Origin: Amphiscolops sp. MND2022
Lineage: Eukaryota
Direction: 5' to 3'
Assembly: GCA_964187785.1 (NCBI GenBank)
Contig: OZ076409.1
Span: 61,134,001 to 61,198,000 of the forward strand
Length of the DNA: 64,000 nt
Part shown: positions 1-12,312 of the stretch, one piece after another
Position numbering within the stretch: position 1 is the first letter of the stretch
Layout of the letters: each line of letters begins with the position of its first letter
Notes under the pieces: model-generated
What the model saw: the letters and a program-made list of their open reading frames with translations, nothing else
Databases searched by the model: none
What the model was told of the DNA's origin: nothing
Translations under genes and position numbers: made by a program

Positions 1-1488
1 AACTGCATGAAATCTAGAAGTGTAAAAGAAACGCAACTACGTCCACCGTTACAAAAAATCTACGACCCGTGCGACGGACCAGAAGACCTGTTGGAAATAG
101 ACATCGTTGGTCCACTCCCGGCGTCGAACGGTTTTACACACATTCTGACGGCTGTTGACGTTTTTTCACGCTACCTGTTCGCCGTTCCGCTGAAGAGACC
201 TGATACACATTCCGTAGTCAGAGGATTACTGTCGATCTTCACAAAACACGCGTATGTGCCCAAACACATTCTGACGGACAAGGGCACGGCGTTCACGGCT
301 GAACTTCTGTCTGAAATCGCGAAAGCGGCTGATATTCACATCTCCCATGCCACGATAAAGCACGCGCAGACAATAGGCATGGTGGAGAGAACGCACGCGA
401 AACTGAAAAAGATCCTTAAAATTAGTGTAAACGCAGACAGACCACAATGGGACCGCTATGTCGACATAGCAATCATGGCCCATAACACAACGTATCATGA
501 TTCACTGAAATGTTCACCAACTGAAATTTTCCACGGAAGAACACCATACAACTCACTAGATCTGCAATTCCGAAACGCAAACAAACCGGCTGAAACAAAG
601 TGCAAGGACGTGAACGAAATTCTAGACAAAATGAATTTTATCTTAAGAGACAATCTAGATAACATCATTTCCGCCTATCACAAGTACAAAACGTACTATG
701 ATAGAAAAGCACGAGCACAACCACTGAAGGTGAACGAATTTGTATTCCTACTAGACCCTAAGTACGACTCTCAGAGAAGCAAAGAAGAGTTTAAAACTTT
801 CCACTGGAAAGGACCGTACAAGGTGATGAAAGTGCTATCCGATAGCAACTACATCATCCGCAAAGTAGGCACACATAAAACTCAGTGCGTACATCGCATG
901 CGACTGAGATTGTTCAAACCGGAATTTCCGATTGATGATATCAACGTGTCCAAGCATCTTTACCCAGACACTGAAAGGGTTGAAGACACGGACATATTCG
1001 ATTCGAATATTCCGACAACCGACGACGTAGATCAGAACGAGAACGACAATCTAGATCAAGACTTAGTCGAAGATGAACCTTCAGCAGAAATAGTTCCACC
1101 AGTACAAGAGCGACACAGTCCACAAGTATTTCCACCAGAAATAACCACGAGAATAGAATATCAAAAAGTAGAAACTGACCACAACAACTTTAGACCACCT
1201 ACAGTTAGATTTGGAACGCGAGAAGAAATTATTCTACCGCCTCCCCGCGATGAGAGTAGGATAAGAGTACCTCTGAGAGACGAACAACACGAAAATCAGT
1301 CACAACAGACAAACACGCAAGATGAAGATGAAGAAAGGATGAGTTCTAGACCGTCTAGATCAAATCAAAGTAGGTACAGGTTACGCGAGAACCCTACACC
1401 GAAAACGTATCCAGACTTCCTCATTCATGAGATTACTTCAGCTAGAAACGCACTGAGAAAGACCAACAAAATAGACGTAACGATTTAG
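1..1488 (+). CDS. pol: Gypsy pol polyprotein C-terminus: retroviral-type DDE integrase (5'-partial)
   Basis: EIDIVGP (D), TDKG (D), VERTH (E), HNTTYH..SPTEIFHG, WKGPYKV (GPY/F motif); frame is open from position 1. Confidence 0.93.
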   Translation, partial: NCMKSRSVKETQLRPPLQKIYDPCDGPEDLLEIDIVGPLPASNGFTHILTAVDVFSRYLFAVPLKRPDTHSVVRGLLSIFTKHAYVPKHILTDKGTAFTAELLSEIAKAADIHISHATIKHAQTIGMVERTHAKLKKILKISVNADRPQWDRYVDIAIMAHNTTYHDSLKCSPTEIFHGRTPYNSLDLQFRNANKPAETKCKDVNEILDKMNFILRDNLDNIISAYHKYKTYYDRKARAQPLKVNEFVFLLDPKYDSQRSKEEFKTFHWKGPYKVMKVLSDSNYIIRKVGTHKTQCVHRMRLRLFKPEFPIDDINVSKHLYPDTERVEDTDIFDSNIPTTDDVDQNENDNLDQDLVEDEPSAEIVPPVQERHSPQVFPPEITTRIEYQKVETDHNNFRPPTVRFGTREEIILPPPRDESRIRVPLRDEQHENQSQQTNTQDEDEERMSSRPSRSNQSRYRLRENPTPKTYPDFLIHEITSARNALRKTNKIDVTI

Positions 1489-4123
1489 CCAAGAAAAGTC
1501 TCATTTTAAATTTGAGATGTGTTACGGATGAACAAATCACAAAAACGAACGAATTACATGCAATTTTAACTTAAAGAACACATGAAGATGTAAAATGGAT
1601 GAAAAGTTACTAAAAATCACATGAAAAACGCATACAAACAAAACGCGATGTAAAACGGATGAAAAACGATCAAAAAACCAGAAAAAACAACCATAAAAAT
1701 TTCGAGATGAAAAAAGGATGAAACCACATGAAAATTTAGCTCAGACACACGAGAGATGAAAAAGTGATGAACTCAGTCAAAAATTCGACCAATCAACATG
1801 CAATATTTACTAGCGATGCATTTGAGATGGAAAGTACCATCAGAATGCGAACGCACCCACGTCCATGCTATCATAAGACTCTAGCTCGGCTAGAGGATGA
1901 AATAGCGATGAACTTGAACCAATTATTCATAAAATACATGAAATCAATCAATAAGATGAATTTGTGATGGACACTACCATCAAATCGTGACCGAATTTAT
2001 CGTTAACCTGACACAATACTCTAGCTTCGCTGGAGGATGTCAAAACGATGAATTTAGTCTAAATGGAAGTTCGAAAATATTAAATGACTTACCAAAACCT
2101 TTTTGTGATGGGAAACACCATCAACATAACACCACAACAAATCAGCTAATTCTCAAACAAACATGTAACTCCACGAAACGATAAAAACAGCCGACCTTAT
2201 TTCGAATCATGCAAATAGAATTATGCGACACAAAAATGAAATGATCAATACATGTACGGTTCAAAGACCTGCCAAATCAATGACGTCACGAAAGAAATTG
2301 ATAATTCCAAACTACATGCAATACAAATGAGCAACACACGGAAATATACATGTACCGTTTAAAAACGAGCGAGATAATATATGCAATTCACACCAAAGCC
2401 ATCCAAACCTAGACGAATAAAAATGAAACAAACAATCGAAAATACATGAAGCCTAATAACTTACATGCAAAATATAAGAACTGATGAAACACCTACAAAA
2501 CTAATAAAGGAGTGAGCACCCCCCAGTAAACATCAGCTCATAACATACAAAACACCCCTATCGAAAAGCTAAAAACATTCCTTCGTGCTGGCTGGCATTT
2601 CTCTGAAAAGAGTGCTGGTTAGTTGAGGCGGGGAGCTCACAACCATTTTCGGATGAAGCTTGCTGCGTTGGTTATCCAGCGGCTAGTGGATTCTCAGTTA
2701 GTTTTGTAGGGGCTTTGTGACGACAAAGCCCTGTCCAAATGAACGAAAATAAAAATAGCAAATTAAAACACATGAAACTAACACCGAACATATAACGACA
2801 TGTCAATAATGGGGCAACCCATTTGAAAGAACACATTATGAAACAATCCATACATGCAAATACAAGAAACAGACTGTCCAACACTGGACACATGCATAAC
2901 CGTAGTTGTCAATCATATTAATTGATCGGACTGACCGTCAAATGGACAAACCCATTTCGACGAATAATGGCAAACAACCAACCGCAAAAATGACATATAG
3001 ACTATATATAGCCCGAAACTACGAGATTCCATTCATCTGAAAGGAGCGGAGCAGCTCCACTCACCCAGCTTTGGACTGAAGCCACTAGTACCTTGCACGC
3101 CTACAGGCTATCAGTACCACTGCTGAGTGAAATTATTTTCGACTGCCACGCAAGCGGCGGTCACAAGAACTCGAAATAAAAATACATGCAATGACGTTCC
3201 GTAGTTGACAAATTAGAAACATGACGACGATGATCAAAACACATGTACCATAAAATTCATGCAAATTCAAAAACACGACAAACGGTTATAACCGTATAAC
3301 GCTAAAATACATGAAGAAAACACTCCGAAACACCGCAATATTAATAAGAATTTCCCCCGGACATGAAAAATGCAACCCCCGCTTACGTTATAGCCAAATA
3401 ACATCGAAAACACGTAAAAATTCGTACATTACAAACACACGATGAAAAAGAAGATGAACTATACCGCAAAACGAGCAAGAAACTTGCCAAGTCAAACCTG
3501 CGATGCAAAAACGATGAATTACACCAAAAACTAGCAAAAATGCAAAAATTAAAAGGCAAGATGAAAAATCGACGAACTATGTAGAAAAATCACATGTAAC
3601 AAACATGCAATGAATCGCATATAACGAACGATGTAAAAAAGATGAAAAATCAGGTTCCACGACGTCGCCAGGTCGACCGAGGAAAACGTGATGAAAAGGA
3701 GATGAGAAATCAAAAATCAAACGCTGACGAATTACCTACACTCCCACGAGATGTAATAACGATGAACACCAAAAAAGCGAAGCGCCACCGATGATCTATG
3801 ATACAAAAACACAGAACACAATGCCTCAAGTGAACTGTTGGACGAAATTGTTGATTTACACGTACTTAATATCCTCTGTAACTATCACTAACAACTCCAT
3901 AGAAAAACAGATATTGGGCACCAAAATAACTAATGTTGTAAATACACTACTACCGATCTTTCCGCCGTAGCATCTGGATTTGTATCATTCTCACTATGGT
4001 CGTTACTGTGCTTTCCATTTATTGACCTTTTTCATGGGTCTCCCAACATATGAATAACTACACTAATATGTAAATACAACAAATTATATAGCAAAACAAT
4101 GAACAACATAAACAGTTAAGAAG

Positions 4124-7100
4124 TCAGTTTCCAATCTCGGGACTGGCAGCCCGCTCCCCGGTCACATCGTAACCAAGACTAGCATATAACTGGAGACGAT
4201 AATCTTCCCCAGCCACGATACCGACGTCGTCCCACAACATGCCCTCTGTAATCTCTGATAGATCAACGAGCCTTCTGTGCGACTCCATCACTTCTTCCAA
4301 CAGTGGCCCACTGACACTACCGTAACTTCGCACATGATTAGCAGACAAATAACCAGAGATTACTGCACATACACAGCTCATGACATCGCTCGGCAGGTGC
4401 CCGATCCCTTCGCATATGGTATTGCAAGTGCTCTGCACCACCCCTCCCAGGCAAAAGACAAGTTGTAACAGACTCTGTGACCCGCGACTGGAACAGCAAC
4501 GCAACAGATCAACGGCTGAATACTCGGCAGCCGCCCCAGCTGGCCTAGGCTCGCACCGAAAAGCCCTTATAAATTCCAGAAATCCGAGCTCCATTCGATC
4601 CTGTTCGACTAAACTGATCCGCCCCATTTCCACAAGTAAATCAGTAAAATTGCGAATTTCCGCCACAAGATCAGTTTCCGCCACACAAACCAGTCTGGGT
4701 GAACTAAAGACACTTCGCACGAAAGCAAGATCGTCACGAATCCCTGGTAGCAATAATACGTTCCTGACGATAGACAATAAGAAATTAGGCACCCGGGACA
4801 CATCCTCTTCATACACAGCCACATCTTCCGTCAAATTCTCATCCGAGCTGAAACTTGCTATAAGGGCTTGTAACTTAGTCGCTGACACAACATAACTGTC
4901 TACATCCACAAACAACCACCCACGAATATCCAGATCAGTGGGCAGGCTCTCTTCGTCAACCAGTAGAGTCAGCAGGCTTTTCACAAAGAACGCACTCTCG
5001 ATCGCCCAGTAGCAACTCCGCAATGATGAAGACCCGAAACTCTTTTCGTACGATGTCACTACTGAAATGAAAAACACACCAATTCTATACACAGTAAATA
5101 ATCGGAATAACCCCCCCCCCGTTCCCTTCCCGAAAAATGCGAATTGATTAAACACTCGAATACGTAAAAACGGCCAACTACATAAACTTCCCACCCGGTA
5201 AGTATACAACATACTAACAAGCACGATAGACCATACTAAGTGCCCGAAGCCTGATTGGGATCCCAAATTCCACCCTCAAAGTAAGATCCAACGCATCTAC
5301 TGGCCCGTCTCCCGAAGCGAATCGAACTAGACACAGCACTTCTGCCCAATTGGCACGTAATTCGTCGCACACATCAGCAAGAGTCCACACGTAGACTTCC
5401 CCGGATAAAATCGCCTAAACAAAACATAACAAGCTCCACATAGATAAAACAAAATATTACAATACAAACTACTACCAATATACAAACAACAGAAACAGAC
5501 AAAGAGCACAACTCATAGTAACACTCAAATAAAAGCGGAAGACTACACCGACCTGCAACAGATGAGGGCAGCTCAACAACAGAGGATCCCTGACATATCC
5601 CTTCAGTCTTTTCTGCAGATGATTCAGCACCACGTGAATATCAGTCCCGCCGAGCGCCCGCCCTCCCACGTCCACAATTGTCCGACTGATTTCACACAAT
5701 GACAGCGTCTTCAACTCCAGTGACCCAACGCCAGTGGCGGCTTGGAACAGTCCACCCAGCTGTGGCAACGCATCGCAACACAGTCCAAGTGGAACAGGTT
5801 CTCCAAGCAAACAACACCACATGTTAATCATCCACGTGACAACTCGTTTTTCCCAATCCTGAGACAGACCAAAACTGAAGACACAGTACTGACTGATCCC
5901 TTCTAGAGAACACATTGTGACCGTGCCAGTCACTCGCCCCTGCCCAACAGTCACATGAAAGCTAGTGAACCCACAGTTAGACCACAGAGTGATTAGCCTC
6001 TTCATCGCGTACGGCCACAAACTCAGTAGAACCACACTCTAAAAACAAACGTCAACTTTACTATACATTAAATCACTATCCGCTTAAAAATAACCCGACA
6101 CAATTAATAGTTGAAAATCCCCCCTACCCAAGCTTCAAAACTACCTATGGAAAACCACCCACCAAATGTATTTTTTCATCTACACGAATCTTCATGAAAC
6201 AAAAAACAAAAAGAAATACGAATTACCATCACGTCATTCACTTCGCAAGTAACACCGAAAAGAGAGGCATGTTGCGGCTCTGACGCAACCATCACCTCCC
6301 ACAAACTCGTTACGCTGGCGAACTGACACCCACGATAGATTGAGTCAATAACCAGGCACACGAACAGATGCACCGTCTTTTCACACAATAGATCCTCTTC
6401 CTCCTCGTCCCCCCACACAGGTCGTCCAGCTGCTTCCAACTCAAACACCTCCAGTACACTAAAGGAGGGGCACGTCTCAATGAACGGCACCATTGCACCG
6501 CCCAGGCTGCTCCTACACTCCACACTCTCTTCATTACTCATCAATGACCCGTCGCGTCGCCGCAACGGTAAATCCCGAAACAAACGAATCAGGCAGTCCA
6601 AACGATGGTGACGGAGCCCACGACAATGCTCCATGAAAGTAGTGATACCACGACTGCCAACATTGATATCACGCTTGCACAGTAAACATCGAACGAATGA
6701 TAGCCGCGATTGATGACTTCGTGCATAGCCCAGTGCAAGCCCACAGTATTCATGAGTAAACCACCATGACTTGATCACTTTTCGCCCTACAAACAGAAAT
6801 AATCACATGCCAACACATAGCACATCCACTAAAAACGACCACGTTCCCACAAAATTCCAAAATCATCTTAAAATAATCCTTTAAAAACTGAAAAATGAAA
6901 AAACCACCGCAAACTTCCAAAAGTCACCCGGAGTGATGAAAAAATGATGTAAAATAATATTTTCATCGGGAAATATAAGCGAAAAACGAAGAAAAAACGA
7001 AAAGATGAAAAAGAGATGTGTTTTGCACACCACCAGAATGAAAAATGGAAACCTTAAAGAATGAAAAACTTGAACGATGGAAAAGAGATAAATAGAACGA

Positions 7101-8931
7101 CTTTGAACCAAAAATTGAGATATTTTAGAGCAAAAACAATTTAACGATGAAAAAGAGATGTAAACTGAAAAGAAAAACGACGAGAATAGCTGGAACCGAA
7201 CGAGAAAATTTCAAAGATGTAAAAGAGATGGAAAGTTCTAAAAATGACCAGAAAAGTGAAAAGGAAGAAAAAAAAAACGCCATAATTAAGACTTTTGACG
7301 ATGAAAAGGTGATGAAAATAGAAAACTGCAGAAAACTAAATAACGAAAACGGAAAAACGATGGAAAATAGAAGAAAAGAGAAAAACGTGAAAAATGCTAG
7401 CGAAAGTAAAAACGAAAAGGGAAACGAATGAAAATCTACTGATCAGATACTTCACCGGTTTAAAGCTGTTTAGTTAACCTGGCAGACGAGATGCAATGGG
7501 CTCGTCATCGGAGTCCAACAGGCTGGGTCCCATTGGAGACGTCTCGAGGTCGGCAGTACCCACATTGGACACAATACTTCCTGGAGCAGACACGCCAGAT
7601 GGAGGACTATGTAATGAGTGATCATCAGGGATTTCCAGTCGGGTCTCGGTGGTGCCAGCTGAGGGAACTTCGGACGGGTCAACGTCAACGTCAAATGCCC
7701 CTGGAACATCAGCAACCGGTGGAGGAGGAGAAGCAGACAGGGAAGTCTCCACCTGGGGTTCATAAGACGTGGAACCATCAGCAGTCTCAGTAACGGCTTG
7801 GACCTCCTTGTCCGCAGTAACCACACAGGCATCAACGGCTGCATCTATGCAATCAACAACGGCATTTGCAGCGGTGTCAACTGTGACGCGAGGTGGAGGA
7901 AGAGGACTTCTGGGAGAGGCACTAGCGTCAAGGTACCGATGGAAGCTCGGCGAGAGGACGGAGGCGGAAGCCCTCATCACAGGAGAACTCACTGCACCTA
8001 GTGACAGATCCTCAAGGAAGGAGGACAACTCTAGTGGAGGGGGCCCTCCTTGAGTGCTAGCATCAACACTAGTTGTGACGAAATCACTCGTCCCTACTCC
8101 GACGGAGTAGCTGATTGGACGAGGCCTTGGTGCGTGGATCGGTGTGGGGCCTGAAAGAAGAAACAGTTACTGGACGACGACGATTTGGAGAAGAAAGAGC
8201 GCGTACGCCGCGCGAAGAAAGAAGACCGGAGAAGAATTCATCCAAAACTCATCTTCAAAAATGGGATTTACAGCGAGTCAGTCATGAAGAGCTGTGAATG
8301 TTCATGACACATCCTAAATTCATCTTAAAAATGAATTACATGGGTAATCGATCGCAAAGGACACTACATGCAGATGAGATGTTTACATCGGAATCACATC
8401 GGAGTGTTCGGGCGATAGCCTAGAGGAGTGAAAAGGAAATTGACAAACTCACTGTACTGCTGGATGCTGTCCCGCAGCATGTCCCGCATGTGGCGGTCAT
8501 ACCACCCGAAGGTGATGCTGCCGAGGGAGGCATACCAAGGGTAGTGGTCTGAAACACCGTACGAAAAGGAGTAAGCTACTGGACGAAGTAAGGATGAGAT
8601 ATGAGGGATTCGAAGACTGAACTGAAGAATGGAAGGATAGTACTTACACTGCGGAAGATACGGGACGTTAGGGGCCTGTTCAATTTGCTGCTCGGGTTGA
8701 TACTGAGGTACGTGAGATGCTGCAGGGATCGGAGCCTCTTGAGGCGGAACTGTCTGCAATGTAGTCAGTTCGGAAATTATGCCGACAGAGTGAACGGAAT
8801 CCGCTAAAACCAAGACACGCCTTCAATTCCTAATTATTCCCCGGCCCGTTTGTGAAGAAGAGAAAAATAGTGCACTTACTTTCTGTGGCCTCGGTCTCCG
8901 GTAACGAATAGACGGAGTTGATATCCGACAT
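4124..8931 (-). CDS. 7-exon antisense gene inside the LTR element (about 1084 aa; Pro/Ser-rich N-terminus, BED-like C2H2 finger, possibly hAT-transposase-derived)
   Basis: Exons 8931-8880, 8803-8453, 8150-7479, 6786-6227, 6038-5553, 5414-5219, 5061-4124; all introns GT..AG with matching phases; total 3255 nt = 1085 codons; motif RCLLCKRDINVGSRGITTFMEHCRGLRHH. A further in-frame intron inside exon 2 is possible. Confidence 0.75.
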
Positions 8932-10065
8932 CGCGAAGAATTGCAAAACAATCTGAAAAGAATGGAAGACGGTGAAAGAAGGAAAGAAATCGAAGATTCC
9001 AGAAGCAGAGAATTTGATCAGTAATTAAATGGCCTGATCAACCATGATTACGGAAGAACAAATTCAATAGAAGATTTCAAAGAGCGCGACGCAGCTTGAA
9101 TGCCATGTTAATCAAATACTTGAATTCAGAAGATGAAAAATCGATGAAAATTCTCCGATTTCAAATACTGACATCACTTTTCTTCCCAGTACAACCAACT
9201 CAAGCTTTCTCTGAAAATGGATCGTCCTCTCCTAGGACTTGACAAAAAAAAAAAACTTCAAGTATTTGATTTGTTGACAGCTGCCAGTCTCAGATCAATA
9301 CCGACGAAGTTGAGCGGAAACGCGCAAAGGAAATCGTGGCGATTTTCAAACCGACTTGAATGGAGGATGGTTTATGGATGAGAATGCTGCTGACAACCGG
9401 TTGTAATTTTCTTCAGTTATAAATTCAGTCTCAGCCAATCAGATCGAGCAACAGTTGCTATGGCGACGAATTCATCTCTTTCTCATTCACTCAAAGGTCG
9501 AGCAGCGGAAGTAACTTTTGACAGTTGCTATGGCGACGATTCATCTCCTTTCCATCGCGAGTAAGCAAAGCAACGGCGCCAGCCATTCCGCTAAAAGGCA
9601 TCGATGTCTCGCTGAGCAAACAATTCATCGTTCATTCATCCCCGACTCGCTGCCAATTTGTCAATGAAGCTAATCGAATTGTTTATTCAGCGTAGGCGTT
9701 TTGGAGGGAAACTTTTCTCCGAGAAATCAGCTCCTACCGAAAATAACCAGCCGAAACTCCCGTCAAAAGCATGACAACCAATAAAATGCAGATCAGCGGA
9801 CATTCGATGGACCAAGAATTAGAGTTGCCGCGTCGAAAATTTTAACCGAAATCACCCAGGATGATGCCAGCAAAGACGATTACCGAAGGTCCTCTTCTCA
9901 GAGAAGCTCTCACAGGACAGAACAAACGAAGGACATGCCAGTTCAGAACTAACGAAGGACATTTTCGCCCCAACTAAACGAAGGACCAGTCGAAGCCAAC
10001 GCCGAGACAACCATCCTCTGCACATTTGGCCCCTGCACTCTCAGTCCAAATCCCGCCCCGGGGAG

Positions 10066-12312
10066 TGTCATGCCAGCATGATGGAAATATAATCTACTAA
10101 ATATTTGTAATGTAAATATTATGTCTTATGTACTTAGATATGGGCAATATGATGTCATATAATAAGAGCCATGGTTGTGAGCAACCCTACGTTACTTGTA
10201 CCTTAATCCCTATCCCCCCTGAGTTTGAGCTATATATATTTACTTATTACTGAGCGCTCTAATTCCGGTGTCCGCACAAAATGATCTTGCCAATAGCTTT
10301 TAATGTGCTATCTTATTCAATATTGGTTTGTCACGATAAGGGAGAGAAGTTTTCCGGTCAGACTGGACCGAGAGATGTAGAAATAATGAAATCTGTAACT
10401 TCTACTAGCTCCCTCGCCTCAGGACTTGTAGTCGTGACGAATTTCAGAAAAAGTTCATCACTAATCCATCAGCGGACTTAGTGATACTACAGCTTGATTT
10501 ATTAGTGAAATTACAGTGCTATATTATCAAAGTTCATCGCAATCACATCGCCAAGATTGCGGGTGAACAAAAATTGGGACATTTATTTGATTTCATTCAA
10601 TGATCCATCAGCGGATCTCACGGGACTTTAAAATGCATGAAAACCATCCCATACTCATCGCCGTTTTGTGATTATTAACCTTCAATATGCTTCTCATTTC
10701 TTAAAAGAGCATAACACATCTATATTTCATCGTCCTGACTAGTAACAATAAGAAATGAGAAAGTACATCCTTAATTCATCCTAAAAAAGAGTGAAGTGCT
10801 GGATAACTGTTTTATTAGACTAATTCATCACTAGTTCATCGTAAATTCATCGCTAGTTCAACTTGCGCTAGAATTAGCCAAATTTTCAGTTGAGTTCATC
10901 CTAAACTCATCGTTGGAATTCGATTCATTAGATTTTGCTGTTTTATTGAATGTATTCATCCTAAAGTCATCGTATATTTGTCTTTACTGTAGAATTGGTT
11001 GTTTCACCTGTTTTATCGACTGAATTCATCCTGAATTCATCGTTATTTTCACTAGTGCTGGAAATTAGCTATTTTCGAGGAGAGTTCATCCTTTTACCAT
11101 CGTCGATTTAAATTGTGCTGGAAATCGTTCATTTCGAAGAGAGTTCATCCTTTTATCATCGTCATTTTAAATAGTGTTGATTTCCGAGCGAGAAAGACTA
11201 CCATTCATCGCATTTTCATCCAGAGCTAAACTATACTTGGAAATCAGCGAATATTCTTACAAGTTCATCGCATTTCCATCTTCGAGTTTTAAATCATTGA
11301 TTTTGGTGCTAGAATCAGCGGAAAACATCGTTTTCCCATCCCAAAGTGTGCTTTACTCTAAATTTGCTTGAAATTTGTGCGTTATTGAATAATTTGAGTC
11401 CATTTTAGTTACTATAGAAACCATGATGTTATGTGCAGGCAATTGCGACACTGTAAATTGATGACTAAACGCCATTAACACATGTAGATGTGCCATGGTG
11501 CGTGGCCACTTTGCGGCAGTTCACAACACCGGTCACGTGACTTACCATTTTAACACCAGTGGTAACAGCCAATGAGAAGAGGCTGGTAAGAGATTAGCGT
11601 CTTACCAGCCTGAAAAGACACGTGAACTGCTGTATTTTGGACCGCCATTAGCGATTACTCAGACCGAAATTGCGACAAGCTACTATCCAGTTGAACACCT
11701 CACGCCGAATTTTACTCGAAAGTACATCTCATTTTCATCTTCAGAAACTATAATACTAAAACTGAGTAATTTCTTTTGACGCACTTACAACTGCGATGAA
11801 CATTGGATGAACTTTCCTATTCACCTTACTAATTTCCTGCTACTTTCTTTACGACTTGTTTATTTGTACTAGTCATCGATAAAACATCTCTGTTCAAACT
11901 TAGTGAATTAGAGATCGTAAAACCAGATAAAATAACAAAAATACATCGCAATAACATCTCAGATAATCCAGTCTTCACTCATAATTCTTTTCTCCCATCT
12001 CTATGAACCCAGATCTAGGCACTGAACTCAGAAGCGGAAGAATTATTAGTTCCTCGTTAGAAACACCTGTTCCAACGGATCCAGACATGGCTCAGTCCTC
12101 TGCCAATGACTCCGATAGTAACGAAACTTCTGATATCTCGTCTCAGTTATCTGAAATAAAAGAGAGTTATGAAAGAAAGATAAACGAGTTACAAAATGAG
12201 TTTAGTCAACTGAAGGACTTAATGATGGCTGTCATAAGTAAGACAGACACCGAAAACCGACAATCAACTTCGAAAGGTCCTTCAAAGCCGGCCCACACAG
12301 TTGGGCTCGACA
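10066..12312 (+). repeat. 3' LTR (about 2.25 kb) of the Gypsy element
   Basis: Starts TGTC after GGGGAG, ends GACA (4-bp terminal inverted repeat); TATA-like run near 10230; partner LTR not in window so the boundaries are inferred. Confidence 0.7.
12003..12312 (+). pseudogene. gag-like N-terminal fragment encoded inside the LTR
   Basis: MNPDLGTELRSGR start (LRSG-type), predicted coiled coil (LSEIKESYERKINELQNEFSQLKDLM); natural-looking sequence stops at the LTR end. Confidence 0.6.

Larger units (their letters stand above)
1..12312 (+). mobile_element. Ty3/Gypsy LTR retrotransposon, 3' portion (5' end outside window)
   Basis: Integrase at the end of pol with GPY motif (Gypsy order), long 3' region, short purine run GGGGAG (10060-10065) followed by TGTC...GACA-bounded LTR ending exactly where a different repeat family resumes mid-unit. 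Confidence 0.85.

Noticed and set aside
1489..4123. env gene downstream of pol
   Set aside because: No long sense ORF with signal peptide or transmembrane segment
7147..7431. Lys/Glu-rich plus-strand ORF
   Set aside because: A-rich complement of an intron of the antisense gene
11556..11580. TGGTAACAGCC as a primer-binding site ending the LTR near 11555
   Set aside because: No matching terminal inverted repeat; the GACA end at 12312 coincides with a clear family junction
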